From an uncultured Chitinophaga sp. (lineage in GTDB: Bacteria > Bacteroidota > Bacteroidia > Chitinophagales > Chitinophagaceae), in assembly GCA_964412375.1 (NCBI GenBank), contig CAYPOD010000007.1:24123-88122 (forward strand): 64,000 nucleotides of DNA, given 5' to 3'. Position numbers and translations under genes: made by a program. The notes beneath the pieces are model-generated. The model searched no databases and had not been told where the DNA came from. It saw nothing but the letters and a program-made list of their open reading frames with translations. Positions 37,211-47,109 of this stretch are shown here, piece by piece; position 1 is the first letter of the stretch, and each line of letters starts with the position of its first letter.

Positions 37211-40057
37211 TTACAATTCAGCTTTGAGAAAACGAGCCGTATGGCTTTCCATGCATTTCAGCAGTTCCTCTGGTGTTCCTTCAAACAAGACCTGTCCACC
37301 GCCATCACCACCCTCAGGTCCGAGATCAATAACATGATCAGCTACTTTGATTACATCCATATTATGTTCGATCACCAGCACCGTGTTGCCCCTGTCTGCT
37401 AATTTATTCAGTACATCCAGCAAATGCTGAATATCTTCAAAATGTAATCCTGTTGTAGGTTCATCGAGAATGTAAAAAGTTTTACCGGTATCTCTTTTGC
37501 CAAGTTCGGTTGATAATTTCACCCGCTGCGCTTCACCGCCACTTAATGTTACAGCCGACTGACCCAGGGTGATATAACCAAGCCCTACTTCTTCAAGCAC
37601 TTTTATTTTCCGGTAGATATAAGGAACCGGCTGAAAAAACTCAACCGCTTCTTCGACAGTCATATCCAGCACATCTGCAATAGACTTGCCTTTGTAGCGA
37701 ATCTCCAGGGTTTCCCGGTTGTATCGCTTGCCATTGCATTTTTCACAATGCACATACACATCGGGCAAAAAATTCATCTCTATCACTTTCATGCCGCCAC
37801 CCTCACACACATCACATCTTCCGTTTTTGACATTAAAGGAAAACCGGCCGGCATTATATCCCCTGATCTTTGCTTCCGGCACTGAAGCAAACAATGTTCG
37901 GATATCAGTAAAAAAACCGCAGTAGGTGGCCGGGTTGCTCCTCGGCGTTCTGCCAATGGGCGACTGATCTATTTCAATCACTTTATCAATATGATCCAGC
38001 CCTTTCACCGATTTATATTCCATCGGTGTCATCTTAGATCCATATGCATGTTTGGACAAGATCGGGTAAAGTGTTTCATTGATCAGCGTGGATTTGCCGC
38101 TGCCGCTCACACCGGTGACACAAATAAATTTTCCCAACGGAAATTTTACAGACACATTTTGCAGGTTGTTCCCTTTTGCACCTTTTAGTTCAATGAATTT
38201 TCCATTGCCCTTCCGTCTCTCTTTTGGCACTGCAATATGTCTTCTGCCATTGAGATAGCCGGATGTGAGTGTATCCAATTTCAATAAATGTTTGGGGTCA
38301 CCTTCCGCCACCACCCTGCCGCCATGAAAACCGGCTTTCGGACCAATATCAATCAAATGATCTGCGGCCAGCATGATGTCCTTATCATGTTCTACCACGA
38401 GCACACTGTTGCCAATGTCACGAAGATTTTTCAGTGCTTCTATCAGGCGATGGTTATCTCTTTGGTGTAAACCAATAGAAGGCTCGTCGAGGATATAAGT
38501 GATTCCCTGCAACTGTGAACCGATCTGAGTGGCCAGGCGTATCCGCTGCGATTCGCCACCGCTCAAACTTTTGGACGGACGGTTTAAAGTAAGATAAGTG
38601 AGTCCTACATCCAACAGGAACTGCAGCCGGTCTCTGATCTCTTTCAACACTTCTTTTGCAATGACCCGCTGTTTATTATCAATTCTCAGTTCAATACCAT
38701 CAAACCAGGCATACAGGTTGTCAAGATTCATATTGCCCAGGTCGGCAATATTTCTACCAGCCACTTTGAACCAGAGACTTTCTTTTTTCAACCGTGCCCC
38801 GCCACAACCATCACAGGGTTTCACGATCATATATTCTTCCGTCCATTCCCGGATATTTTCGCTGTAAGGATTGGCATACCAGCGCTGCAGCATGTTCACC
38901 ACACCTTCAAAAGGTGCATACGGATCAAATTTCATGTTTTCAAAATCGATCTCTTCCTGCTGCCCGTCTTCGTTGCCGTATAAAATAATATTGAGTTGTT
39001 TTTCCGGTAACCTGCCCACCGGTGTGGTCAATGAAATTTTATGTTTTTTTGCTGCTTCCTGCGCCTGGCGATAGACCCATGCATCTCTTTCTTCGCCCAG
39101 CGGTGCTATGCCGCCTTCACTGATGCTTAAAGAAGGATCAGCAATCACAGCTTCCCTATTGATATGATGTTTAGTGCCCAATCCTTTGCATGCAGGACAG
39201 GCGCCATAGGGAGAATTGAAGGAAAATGAATTGGGCGAAGGTTCTTCATAACTGATACCCGTTTCTTCACACATCAGTTGTTTGCTGAACTGGACAACTT
39301 TGTCACTGTCATTGACCGAAAGAAACAACAACTCTTTTCCCAACTTCAATGTTTGCTGCACACTCTGGCTTAATCTTGATTTCAGGTCATCATTTACCTG
39401 CAACCGGTCAACGACCAACTCAATGTCATGTATCTTGTAACGGTCCACCTGCATCTTTGGCACCAGGTCTTTAATCTCGCCATCCACCCTCACCTTCAAG
39501 AAACCTTTTTTCCGCATTTCCTCAAACAATTCACGGTAATGTCCTTTCCTGCCCCTCACTAATGGCGCCAGCAGGCTGATCTTTTTACCATTAAACCGGT
39601 TGAAAATATTTTCCACGATCTCTTCTTCACTCCATTTCACCATTTTCTGACCTGTGTTATAGGAATACGCTTCGCCAATTCTTGCAAATAACAAACGGAG
39701 AAAATCATATATCTCGGTAACTGTTCCTACTGTGGAACGGGGATTCTTATTCGTGGTCTTTTGTTCAATGGAAATTACAGGTGAGAGACCGGTGATCTTG
39801 TCCACATCCGGCCGCTCCATATCGCCGATAAACTGGCGGGCATAGGCGCCAAATGTTTCCATATAACGTCGCTGGCCTTCGGCGTAAATAGTATCAAACG
39901 CCAGGGATGATTTGCCGCTGCCGCTGATGCCGGTAATAACCACCAGTTTGTTCTTGGGAATAGAAATATCAATATTTTTCAGGTTGTGCACTCTTGCACC
40001 AAGCACTTCAATACTCTCCTTGTCCGCCTGCGCTGCTGTTCCGTTGTCTTTTGCCAT
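37211..40057 (-). CDS. uvrA: Excinuclease ABC subunit A
   Basis: VLGARVHNLKNIDISIPKNKLVVITGISGSGKSSLAFDTIYAEGQRRY. Two ABC modules and zinc-finger Cys pairs (CPACKGLG, CDVCEGGG...CEKCNG) are present. The ATG at 40057 (MAKDNG...) is preferred over the extension to 40117. Confidence 0.95.
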   Translation of the reverse strand: MAKDNGTAAQADKESIEVLGARVHNLKNIDISIPKNKLVVITGISGSGKSSLAFDTIYAEGQRRYMETFGAYARQFIGDMERPDVDKITGLSPVISIEQKTTNKNPRSTVGTVTEIYDFLRLLFARIGEAYSYNTGQKMVKWSEEEIVENIFNRFNGKKISLLAPLVRGRKGHYRELFEEMRKKGFLKVRVDGEIKDLVPKMQVDRYKIHDIELVVDRLQVNDDLKSRLSQSVQQTLKLGKELLFLSVNDSDKVVQFSKQLMCEETGISYEEPSPNSFSFNSPYGACPACKGLGTKHHINREAVIADPSLSISEGGIAPLGEERDAWVYRQAQEAAKKHKISLTTPVGRLPEKQLNIILYGNEDGQQEEIDFENMKFDPYAPFEGVVNMLQRWYANPYSENIREWTEEYMIVKPCDGCGGARLKKESLWFKVAGRNIADLGNMNLDNLYAWFDGIELRIDNKQRVIAKEVLKEIRDRLQFLLDVGLTYLTLNRPSKSLSGGESQRIRLATQIGSQLQGITYILDEPSIGLHQRDNHRLIEALKNLRDIGNSVLVVEHDKDIMLAADHLIDIGPKAGFHGGRVVAEGDPKHLLKLDTLTSGYLNGRRHIAVPKERRKGNGKFIELKGAKGNNLQNVSVKFPLGKFICVTGVSGSGKSTLINETLYPILSKHAYGSKMTPMEYKSVKGLDHIDKVIEIDQSPIGRTPRSNPATYCGFFTDIRTLFASVPEAKIRGYNAGRFSFNVKNGRCDVCEGGGMKVIEMNFLPDVYVHCEKCNGKRYNRETLEIRYKGKSIADVLDMTVEEAVEFFQPVPYIYRKIKVLEEVGLGYITLGQSAVTLSGGEAQRVKLSTELGKRDTGKTFYILDEPTTGLHFEDIQHLLDVLNKLADRGNTVLVIEHNMDVIKVADHVIDLGPEGGDGGGQVLFEGTPEELLKCMESHTARFLKAEL

Positions 40058-40266
40058 AAATAAAGGATGACGAAGATACTGATTCGCCGATGTTCTGCAG
40101 AACGCTTCCGTTAACAATCAACGGTCAAAAAAGTTAGAAAAAGATATTATATAAACACATGGGTGGAAAAAAAGAAGCGGGTTTTTCCTCAAAATCTTAA
40201 TTCTGGCATAATATTTTGAAACAAGAGGCCAGAGTACCAATTCAATCACATTTTAAAAATCGTTTT

Positions 40267-40857
40267 ATGAAAAGAACCATTGCAATAATGGCAGCTGGCG
40301 TTTTTTGCCTTTCAGTTGCAACAGCATCCGCCCAGGAAACCTGGGACCCCCGGAAAAACCCAACCGTTGATTCAATCATCTCTAAACATAAGGACAATGT
40401 GGTGCCCATGCCCCCGGCATTGACCATTGATAAAATCTTTCCTGTGCTGGGACAATATGAATCAGCCGTGAATACTGATGCAGCAGCTGTAACCATTACA
40501 CTTGACAATGAAAACAAGGGTATAATTTGGGTAGAAGGTTTGCCGCAGGGCAAAATAAAAGCCATCCTGCTCAAGTCACCTTCTACGTACAAAATACCGG
40601 CACAAAAAACAGCCGATGAAAAAGAAGTGGCCGAAGGAACCCTTGTATTTGATAAAGAAACAAACACCCTGAGTATCTGTATCGGCAAACCCTACAATTC
40701 AGCTGATCCTATGACCGCTTTTGCCGCAGAACCGGCTACTGAAGAAGTTGTGCCTGCTGCAACGGTTAAGTCAAAAACCAAAGTGAAACCGGTTGAAAAA
40801 CCCAAACCCTGGATGTATGCCGGAACTAAAGTGGAAACTGAAACAGCGTCGAACTAA
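40267..40857 (+). CDS. Secreted hypothetical protein
   Basis: The ATG at 40267 gives MKRTIAIMAAGVFCLSVATASAQ (Sec signal). The C-terminus is Lys/Pro/Glu-rich. No family recognised. Confidence 0.55.
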   Translation: MKRTIAIMAAGVFCLSVATASAQETWDPRKNPTVDSIISKHKDNVVPMPPALTIDKIFPVLGQYESAVNTDAAAVTITLDNENKGIIWVEGLPQGKIKAILLKSPSTYKIPAQKTADEKEVAEGTLVFDKETNTLSICIGKPYNSADPMTAFAAEPATEEVVPAATVKSKTKVKPVEKPKPWMYAGTKVETETASN

Positions 40858-40899
40858 ACTTTTTCACTTTTTACAAGTGTTTTCAGTATCCAGGGACGA

Positions 40900-40926
40900 G
40901 AAGGGGTTGCATATTGCAACCCCTTC
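40900..40926 (+). terminator. Candidate terminator hairpin after 40267-40857
   Basis: GAAGGGGTTGCA-tat-TGCAACCCCTTC gives a 12-bp perfect stem followed by ACTATTTTA. It overlaps the listed TTG ORF start at 40914, which argues for the later ATG at 40950. Confidence 0.6.
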
Positions 40927-40949
40927 ACTATTTTAGCAGAAACATCCGC

Positions 40950-41489
40950 ATGTTTCAGTTTTTTAAAAAGAAACCATCTTCAGCAAGGGTAACTGACACC
41001 ATCTGGATGAATGAGACAATTAAACTCAATGCTTTGCTGAATGAATGGGAAAAGAATAAAGACACGGTTTTTATTTTTTGGTTTGAAGAAACCATGAGAA
41101 GAGCAGAAGAGTTTCTTTCAGGGTCATCAGCCGGACCTTTTCAGTTGATGATGACAAAAGAGGTTTCCAAAAGTCATATTAGCGGTAAGCCGTTCCTCTT
41201 TGCCGAACACTATCCGCTGGCTGAAAAAGAAAATGAACTTTACCTGCGGCTGGATGTGAAGGATGTAAGAGTGTGGTCAGCATTGGATGAACCCTTATTT
41301 AACCGGTTTGGCGGAGAAAAGATCATGCAGTTGATGAAACAATTGGGCATGAAAGACGATGAACCCGTTGAAAACAAAATGATCAGTAATGCTATCCGCA
41401 ACGCCCAGCAAAAAATCGCTTCAAAAATCAAATTTGAACAATCGGCCCGGTCGCAGCGGGATTGGCTGACCAAAAACCTTTCATTCTGA
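40950..41489 (+). CDS. Hypothetical cytoplasmic protein (180 aa)
   Basis: ORF starting MFQFFKKKPSS with a coding-like composition. No motif recognised. Confidence 0.5.
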   Translation: MFQFFKKKPSSARVTDTIWMNETIKLNALLNEWEKNKDTVFIFWFEETMRRAEEFLSGSSAGPFQLMMTKEVSKSHISGKPFLFAEHYPLAEKENELYLRLDVKDVRVWSALDEPLFNRFGGEKIMQLMKQLGMKDDEPVENKMISNAIRNAQQKIASKIKFEQSARSQRDWLTKNLSF

Positions 41490-41603
41490 AACTGCCGTGT
41501 ACCTGTACTCACACTTTCATTCAAACGATTGTTCGGTCTTTCACAAAATATTATTTGGTTAGAACGTTGTTCGTGTATTTCTTTGCAACAGTTCTTTATT
41601 ATC

Positions 41604-41722
41604 ACTTATCAAGAAAGGCTGAGGGTAATGGCCCAAAGAAGCCTTGACAACCTCTCCCAACCACTGCGTCGGGAAAAGGTGCCAATTCCACCCCGACACA
41701 ATGATTGTCGGGAAAGATAAGT
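41604..41722 (+). promoter_or_regulatory. SAM-I (S-box) riboswitch aptamer
   Basis: ACTTATCAAGAAAGGCTGAGGGTAATGGCCCAAAGAAGCCTTGACAACC...AAGGTGCCAATTCCACCCCGACAcaatgatTGTCGGGAAAGATAAGT. P1 is ACTTATC/GATAAGT. The GAGGG, GGCCC, (G)ACAACC, GGTGCCAATTCC and AAGATAAG blocks follow the SAM-I consensus as I remember it. P4 is CCCGACA/TGTCGGG. Confidence 0.9.
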
Positions 41723-41760
41723 CAGATCAACGCTTCAAAATAGTTTATACAACCATATTT

Positions 41761-41797
41761 AAAAGCTCATCTGATTTGTCGGGTGAGCTTTTTTATT
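41761..41797 (+). terminator. Intrinsic terminator (expression platform of the SAM-I riboswitch)
   Basis: AAAAGCTCA-tctgatttgtcggg-TGAGCTTTTTTATTT. The loop contains TTGTCGGG, which can compete for the aptamer P4 strand CCCGACA. Confidence 0.75.
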
Positions 41798-42249
41798 TCC
41801 CATCTCCAGTGAACACTGGATGCAGCCTCCTGAAGGTATTTTTTTGACAAAGTGATGACCCTGTATCAACAAACCTGCCTGCAGCAGTCAGGATTTCATC
41901 ATCGCCGCCTGTACAATAAAACAGCCGGCTTAAAAAAAAAAAGATGAGCAAACTAAAACAAACCCGTTCACCACAAATAACTGCAACTGTGTTGGAGTTA
42001 TTAATCAAAGAAAACCCTTTTTGCCTCAACAAAACAAGCAGGCTGATCAAAAACTGTTGGAACCGGCCTTAATTTATTATTGCTTGCAGCATTATCCGGT
42101 TATTTTTTATGCAACAAAAAATTAACAAATGAAAAAAACGGAATTATGGCAAAAGTCCACTACTTTCATGGAGTATTTAAGCCCATGCTTATCTCTCTCC
42201 GCAATATCATTTGTTTTTCCCCGGCAACTATTTGTTGTTGCATTTGTAG

Positions 42250-43677
<1,428 letters not shown>

Positions 43678-43681
43678 CATC

Positions 43682-44737
43682 ATGACGAATATATTCAACT
43701 ATAATCATCCGTTCACATTAGCTTCAGGTGAAACCCTTCCCGGGTTTCACCTGGCTTATACCACCCATGGCAAACTGAATGCGGCAAAAGACAACGTGGT
43801 GTGGATCTTTCATGCCCTTACGGCCAACAGCAATCCTGTGGAATGGTGGCCCGGGCTGGTGGGTGAAGGAAAATTCTTTGATCCGGCAAAGTATTTCATT
43901 GTTTGTGCGAACAAACCGGGCAGCCCTTATGGCAGCATTTCGCCCCTGAGTGTGAACCCGCAAACCAATGAGCCTTTTTACTTTGATTTTCCGGTCTTTT
44001 CCATCAATGACATGATCAAAGCATACCAGCACCTGAAAGATTTTTTGGGAATAGAAAAAGTGCTGGTGGGCTTGGGTGGCAGCACCGGCGGTATGCAACT
44101 GCTGGAATGGGCCATTGAAGAACCGGAATTGTTTGAACATATCGTTCCCATTGCTACCAATGCTGTGCTATCACCATGGGGCATTGCCTTTAATGCATCA
44201 CAGCGCATGGCGATTGAAACAGACAATAGCTGGCTGGAAAGGAAACCGGACGCCGGGCAAAAAGGACTCGCAACAGCCCGTTCGATTGCCTTGTTATCCT
44301 ATCGTCATTATAATGGCTTTGATATTACACAGGCAAGAGATAAAGCTTTTGTTCCCCTGACTGATAATGTCGAATATGCGGCTGACAATTACCAGCGATA
44401 CCAGGGCCTGAAACTGGTAAACCGTTTTAATGCCGCCTGTTATTACCGGCTTACTCAGAGTATGGACAGTCATGATGTGGGCCGCAACCGGAATGGAGTG
44501 GTCAACGCATTGAAAAGAATCACTGCAAGGGCTTTGGTCATCGGTATTGAGTCAGATGTGCTCTACCCCATTACCGAACAGGAATTTTTGCAAAAAAATA
44601 TTCCGGGTGCTGAAATGCTGAGCATTGCCAGTGATTTTGGTCATGACGGTTTTTTGCTGGAATATGAAAAAATAGAAGCCGCTTTAAAAAAATTTATTGA
44701 AGAAAAAACATCGCATCGTTTAAAAATTGCGAATTAA
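43682..44737 (+). CDS. metX: Homoserine O-acetyltransferase
   Basis: FTLASGETLPGFHLAYTTHGKLN...NVVWIFHALTANS...VGLGGSTGGMQLLEW (nucleophile elbow)...GHDGFLLE is the MetX alpha/beta-hydrolase pattern. The ATG at 43682 lies 4 nt after the metY stop. Confidence 0.9.
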   Translation: MTNIFNYNHPFTLASGETLPGFHLAYTTHGKLNAAKDNVVWIFHALTANSNPVEWWPGLVGEGKFFDPAKYFIVCANKPGSPYGSISPLSVNPQTNEPFYFDFPVFSINDMIKAYQHLKDFLGIEKVLVGLGGSTGGMQLLEWAIEEPELFEHIVPIATNAVLSPWGIAFNASQRMAIETDNSWLERKPDAGQKGLATARSIALLSYRHYNGFDITQARDKAFVPLTDNVEYAADNYQRYQGLKLVNRFNAACYYRLTQSMDSHDVGRNRNGVVNALKRITARALVIGIESDVLYPITEQEFLQKNIPGAEMLSIASDFGHDGFLLEYEKIEAALKKFIEEKTSHRLKIAN

Positions 44738-44741
44738 GAGT

Positions 44742-46001
44742 ATGGAAACACATAAACAGTTAACAATCGGATTATTCGGATTTGGTGTGGTGGGTGAAGG
44801 CCTGTACAAAGTGTTACAGCAAACTCCTTCCCTGTCTGCCACAATAAAAAAAGTATGCATCAAAAACCCGGAGAAAAAAAGAGAAGCCCCGGCCTCCTTA
44901 TTCACCACTGATAAAGTAGAACTGTTATTTGACCCGGAAATAAATGTGATCGTGGAAGTGATTGATGATGCCGATGCGGCATTCCAGATTGTTAGCACTG
45001 CTTTGAAAAATGGTAAAGATGTGGTCAGCGCCAGCAAAAAAATGATCGCCGAACATTTGCCGGCATTATTGCAACTGCAACAGGAAACAGGCCGTTCACT
45101 TCTCTATGAATCTGCCGCCTGTGCTTCCATTCCCGTTATCCGGAATCTTGAAGAATATTACGATAACGATCTCCTGCATGCAATCAAAGCCATCGTTAAC
45201 GGCTCTACCAATTATATTCTTACCAAGATGTTTGAAGAAGGGCTTGATTTCAAACAGGCGTTGTTGCAGGCGCAGCAACTGGGGTTTGCCGAAAGCGATC
45301 CCAGGCTGGATGTAGAGGGCTATGATGCCGTCAATAAATGGACCTTCCTGCTCACCCATGCCTATGGCATCATTGAATCTCCCAATGATATTCTGTTCAA
45401 CGGCATTCAGAATATCCACTCGGCCGATGCAGTAGTGGCCAAAGCAAGAAACCAGCAGATCAAAATGGTGGCACAGGCTAAAAAACTAAAGAACGGGCAG
45501 GTGGCCGCTTTTGTGTTACCGCAATTTGTGAAACAGGAAGATCATTTATCATTTGTAAAAAATGAATACAACGGTGTGGTGATCGAATCGGGTTTTGCCG
45601 ACAAACAATTCTTTTATGGTAAAGGGGCCGGCAGTTTCCCGACTGCTTCGGCAGTACTAAGTGATATTGCTGCGCTGCGCTATCAATATAAATACGAGTA
45701 TAAGAAACTCTATCATCACAAACCACATGAGATCAGTGACGAGATTTTCCTGAAAGTATATATCAGTTTTGATGACCTCGCGGCTGTGCCAAAAGACCGC
45801 TTTGAATGGATCGAAGAATGGTATGCACAGGAAGAAAGAAAATACCTGGTGGGTGTCATCTCTTTTGAAGAACTGAAGAAAAATAACTGGTGGAAAGAAA
45901 ATAATACATCCCTCATCCTCACTCCCGACCCGGTGATCGAAGATGTCGAGATCAGAAAGCTGAAAAAAAAGAGCCTGGAATTGGCCGGGCTGGTATTATA
46001 A
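44742..46001 (+). CDS. hom: Homoserine dehydrogenase
   Basis: LTIGLFGFGVVGEGLYKVL (Rossmann), ASKKMIAEH and GFAESDPRLDVEGYDAVNKW are typical of Hom. The ATG at 44742 lies 4 nt after the metX stop. Confidence 0.85.
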   Translation: METHKQLTIGLFGFGVVGEGLYKVLQQTPSLSATIKKVCIKNPEKKREAPASLFTTDKVELLFDPEINVIVEVIDDADAAFQIVSTALKNGKDVVSASKKMIAEHLPALLQLQQETGRSLLYESAACASIPVIRNLEEYYDNDLLHAIKAIVNGSTNYILTKMFEEGLDFKQALLQAQQLGFAESDPRLDVEGYDAVNKWTFLLTHAYGIIESPNDILFNGIQNIHSADAVVAKARNQQIKMVAQAKKLKNGQVAAFVLPQFVKQEDHLSFVKNEYNGVVIESGFADKQFFYGKGAGSFPTASAVLSDIAALRYQYKYEYKKLYHHKPHEISDEIFLKVYISFDDLAAVPKDRFEWIEEWYAQEERKYLVGVISFEELKKNNWWKENNTSLILTPDPVIEDVEIRKLKKKSLELAGLVL

Positions 46002-46010
46002 ATGAAAGGA

Positions 46011-46100
46011 GATAGTGAATAGATAATAGTGTTGCAGTGGGGTGCCGGATTTTCCAAACATAGGCCTCATTGCCAATTACCTATTGTCTATTCACTATTC
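46011..46100 (+). repeat. Long imperfect inverted repeat (about 30-bp potential RNA stem) between hom and the polysaccharide locus
   Basis: GATAGTGAATAGATAATAG (46011-46029) pairs with CTATTGTCTATTCACTATTC (46081-46100), matching 17 of 18 positions. Inner arms GTTGCAGTGGGG and CCTCATTGCCAA extend the pairing. Every non-Watson-Crick position is G-U on the + strand. Confidence 0.6.
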
Positions 46101-46111
46101 AACTAACTCCC

Positions 46112-46119
46112 TACCTTTG
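46112..46119 (+). promoter_or_regulatory. Candidate Bacteroidota -7 promoter box (TAnnTTTG) for the GT2 gene
   Basis: TACCTTTG is an exact match to TAnnTTTG and lies 19 nt upstream of the ATG at 46138. No clear -33 TTTG is present at the expected spacing. Confidence 0.3.
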
Positions 46120-46137
46120 CCGCATATTTCTACTACC

Positions 46138-47106
46138 ATGCGGGAATTATCTGTCGTTATTACGGTGATGAACGAGGAGGAAAACATCAAACCTCTTCTC
46201 GAAGCTGTTCGTTCGGCGCTTAACGGAATTGACTATGAAGTCATATTGGTGGATGATGGTTCAACTGATAAAACCAGGCAGCAAATATTGGAACATGCAG
46301 ATGACCGGACTGTGATGGTGGAGCTACGCAAAAACTATGGCCAAAGCACCGCCATGACGGCCGGCATTGATCACTCCCGAGGCCGCTTTGTAGCTCTGCT
46401 TGACGGTGATTTGCAAAATGACCCCACTGATATTCCGGGTATGCTGGAATTATTGAAAAAAGACGACTGGGATGTGGTAGCCGGCAACCGCAAAAACCGG
46501 AAAGATGGCTTTATCCTCCGCAAAATTCCCAGCCGCATAGCCAATGCACTCATTCGCCGGATGACGGGGGTTTATATCAAAGATTACGGCTGCACACTGA
46601 AAGTATTTAAAAGAGAAATTGCAGAAGAGCTCGGATTATATGGCGAACTGCACCGTTTCATTCCTGTGCTGGCCAAACTACAGGGAGCAAGGATCACACA
46701 GGTGGACGTAAAGCATCATGCCCGCATCCATGGAAAAAGTAAATACGGTATCAACCGCACTTTTAAAGTGATGAGCGACCTGGTGCTGATGGTGTTCATG
46801 CGGAAGTATATGCAAAAACCGATGCACCTGTTTGGCACACTAGGCTTCATCAGCTTTGGCATTGGTTTACTCATTAATATTTATTTGCTTGTACTCAAGA
46901 TCATGGGTAATGAGATCGGGGGTAAACCTTTGCTTATACTCGGTTTGATCCTTTTATTGGGAGGCATCCAACTTATCACTATCGGCATTGTGGCCGATAT
47001 TGGGGTCCGCACTTATTTTGAATCGCAGAATAAGAAAACATATAATGTCAGGAAAGTCTTTCACGCAAAAAGAGAAGTGACGCCTAAACAGGATGTGCTG
47101 CTTTGA
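46138..47106 (+). CDS. GT2 polyprenyl-phosphate glycosyltransferase (GtrB/ArnC/DPM1-like) with two C-terminal TM helices
   Basis: LSVVITVMNEEENI...EVILVDDGSTDKT...LDGDLQNDP (DxD)...ELHRFIP, plus a C-terminal hydrophobic pair. The ATG is at 46138. Confidence 0.85.
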   Translation: MRELSVVITVMNEEENIKPLLEAVRSALNGIDYEVILVDDGSTDKTRQQILEHADDRTVMVELRKNYGQSTAMTAGIDHSRGRFVALLDGDLQNDPTDIPGMLELLKKDDWDVVAGNRKNRKDGFILRKIPSRIANALIRRMTGVYIKDYGCTLKVFKREIAEELGLYGELHRFIPVLAKLQGARITQVDVKHHARIHGKSKYGINRTFKVMSDLVLMVFMRKYMQKPMHLFGTLGFISFGIGLLINIYLLVLKIMGNEIGGKPLLILGLILLLGGIQLITIGIVADIGVRTYFESQNKKTYNVRKVFHAKREVTPKQDVLL

Positions 47107-47109
47107 TAG

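Noticed and set aside
41793-42050. An 85-aa minus-strand ORF in the riboswitch-metY gap, considered as a possible missed gene or pseudogene.
   Set aside because: Its composition is hydrophobic or odd (FFFLSRLFYC), it shows no motif, and it has no plausible promoter or terminator context. It is kept only as part of the unexplained gap finding.
41944-42072. A 42-aa ORF (MSKLKQTRSPQITATVLELLIKENPFCLNKTSRLIKNCWNRP) downstream of the SAM riboswitch terminator, considered as a possible regulated small peptide.
   Set aside because: No features support translation or function. It is not Met/Cys-rich in the way a leader peptide would be, and it cannot be distinguished from a chance ORF in AT-rich sequence without conservation data.
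42189-42210. CTTATCTCTCTCC near 42189, considered as the start of a second SAM-I aptamer.
   Set aside because: The downstream sequence lacks the GAGGG, GGCCC and GGTGC-AA-TCC conserved blocks, so it does not fit the SAM-I consensus.
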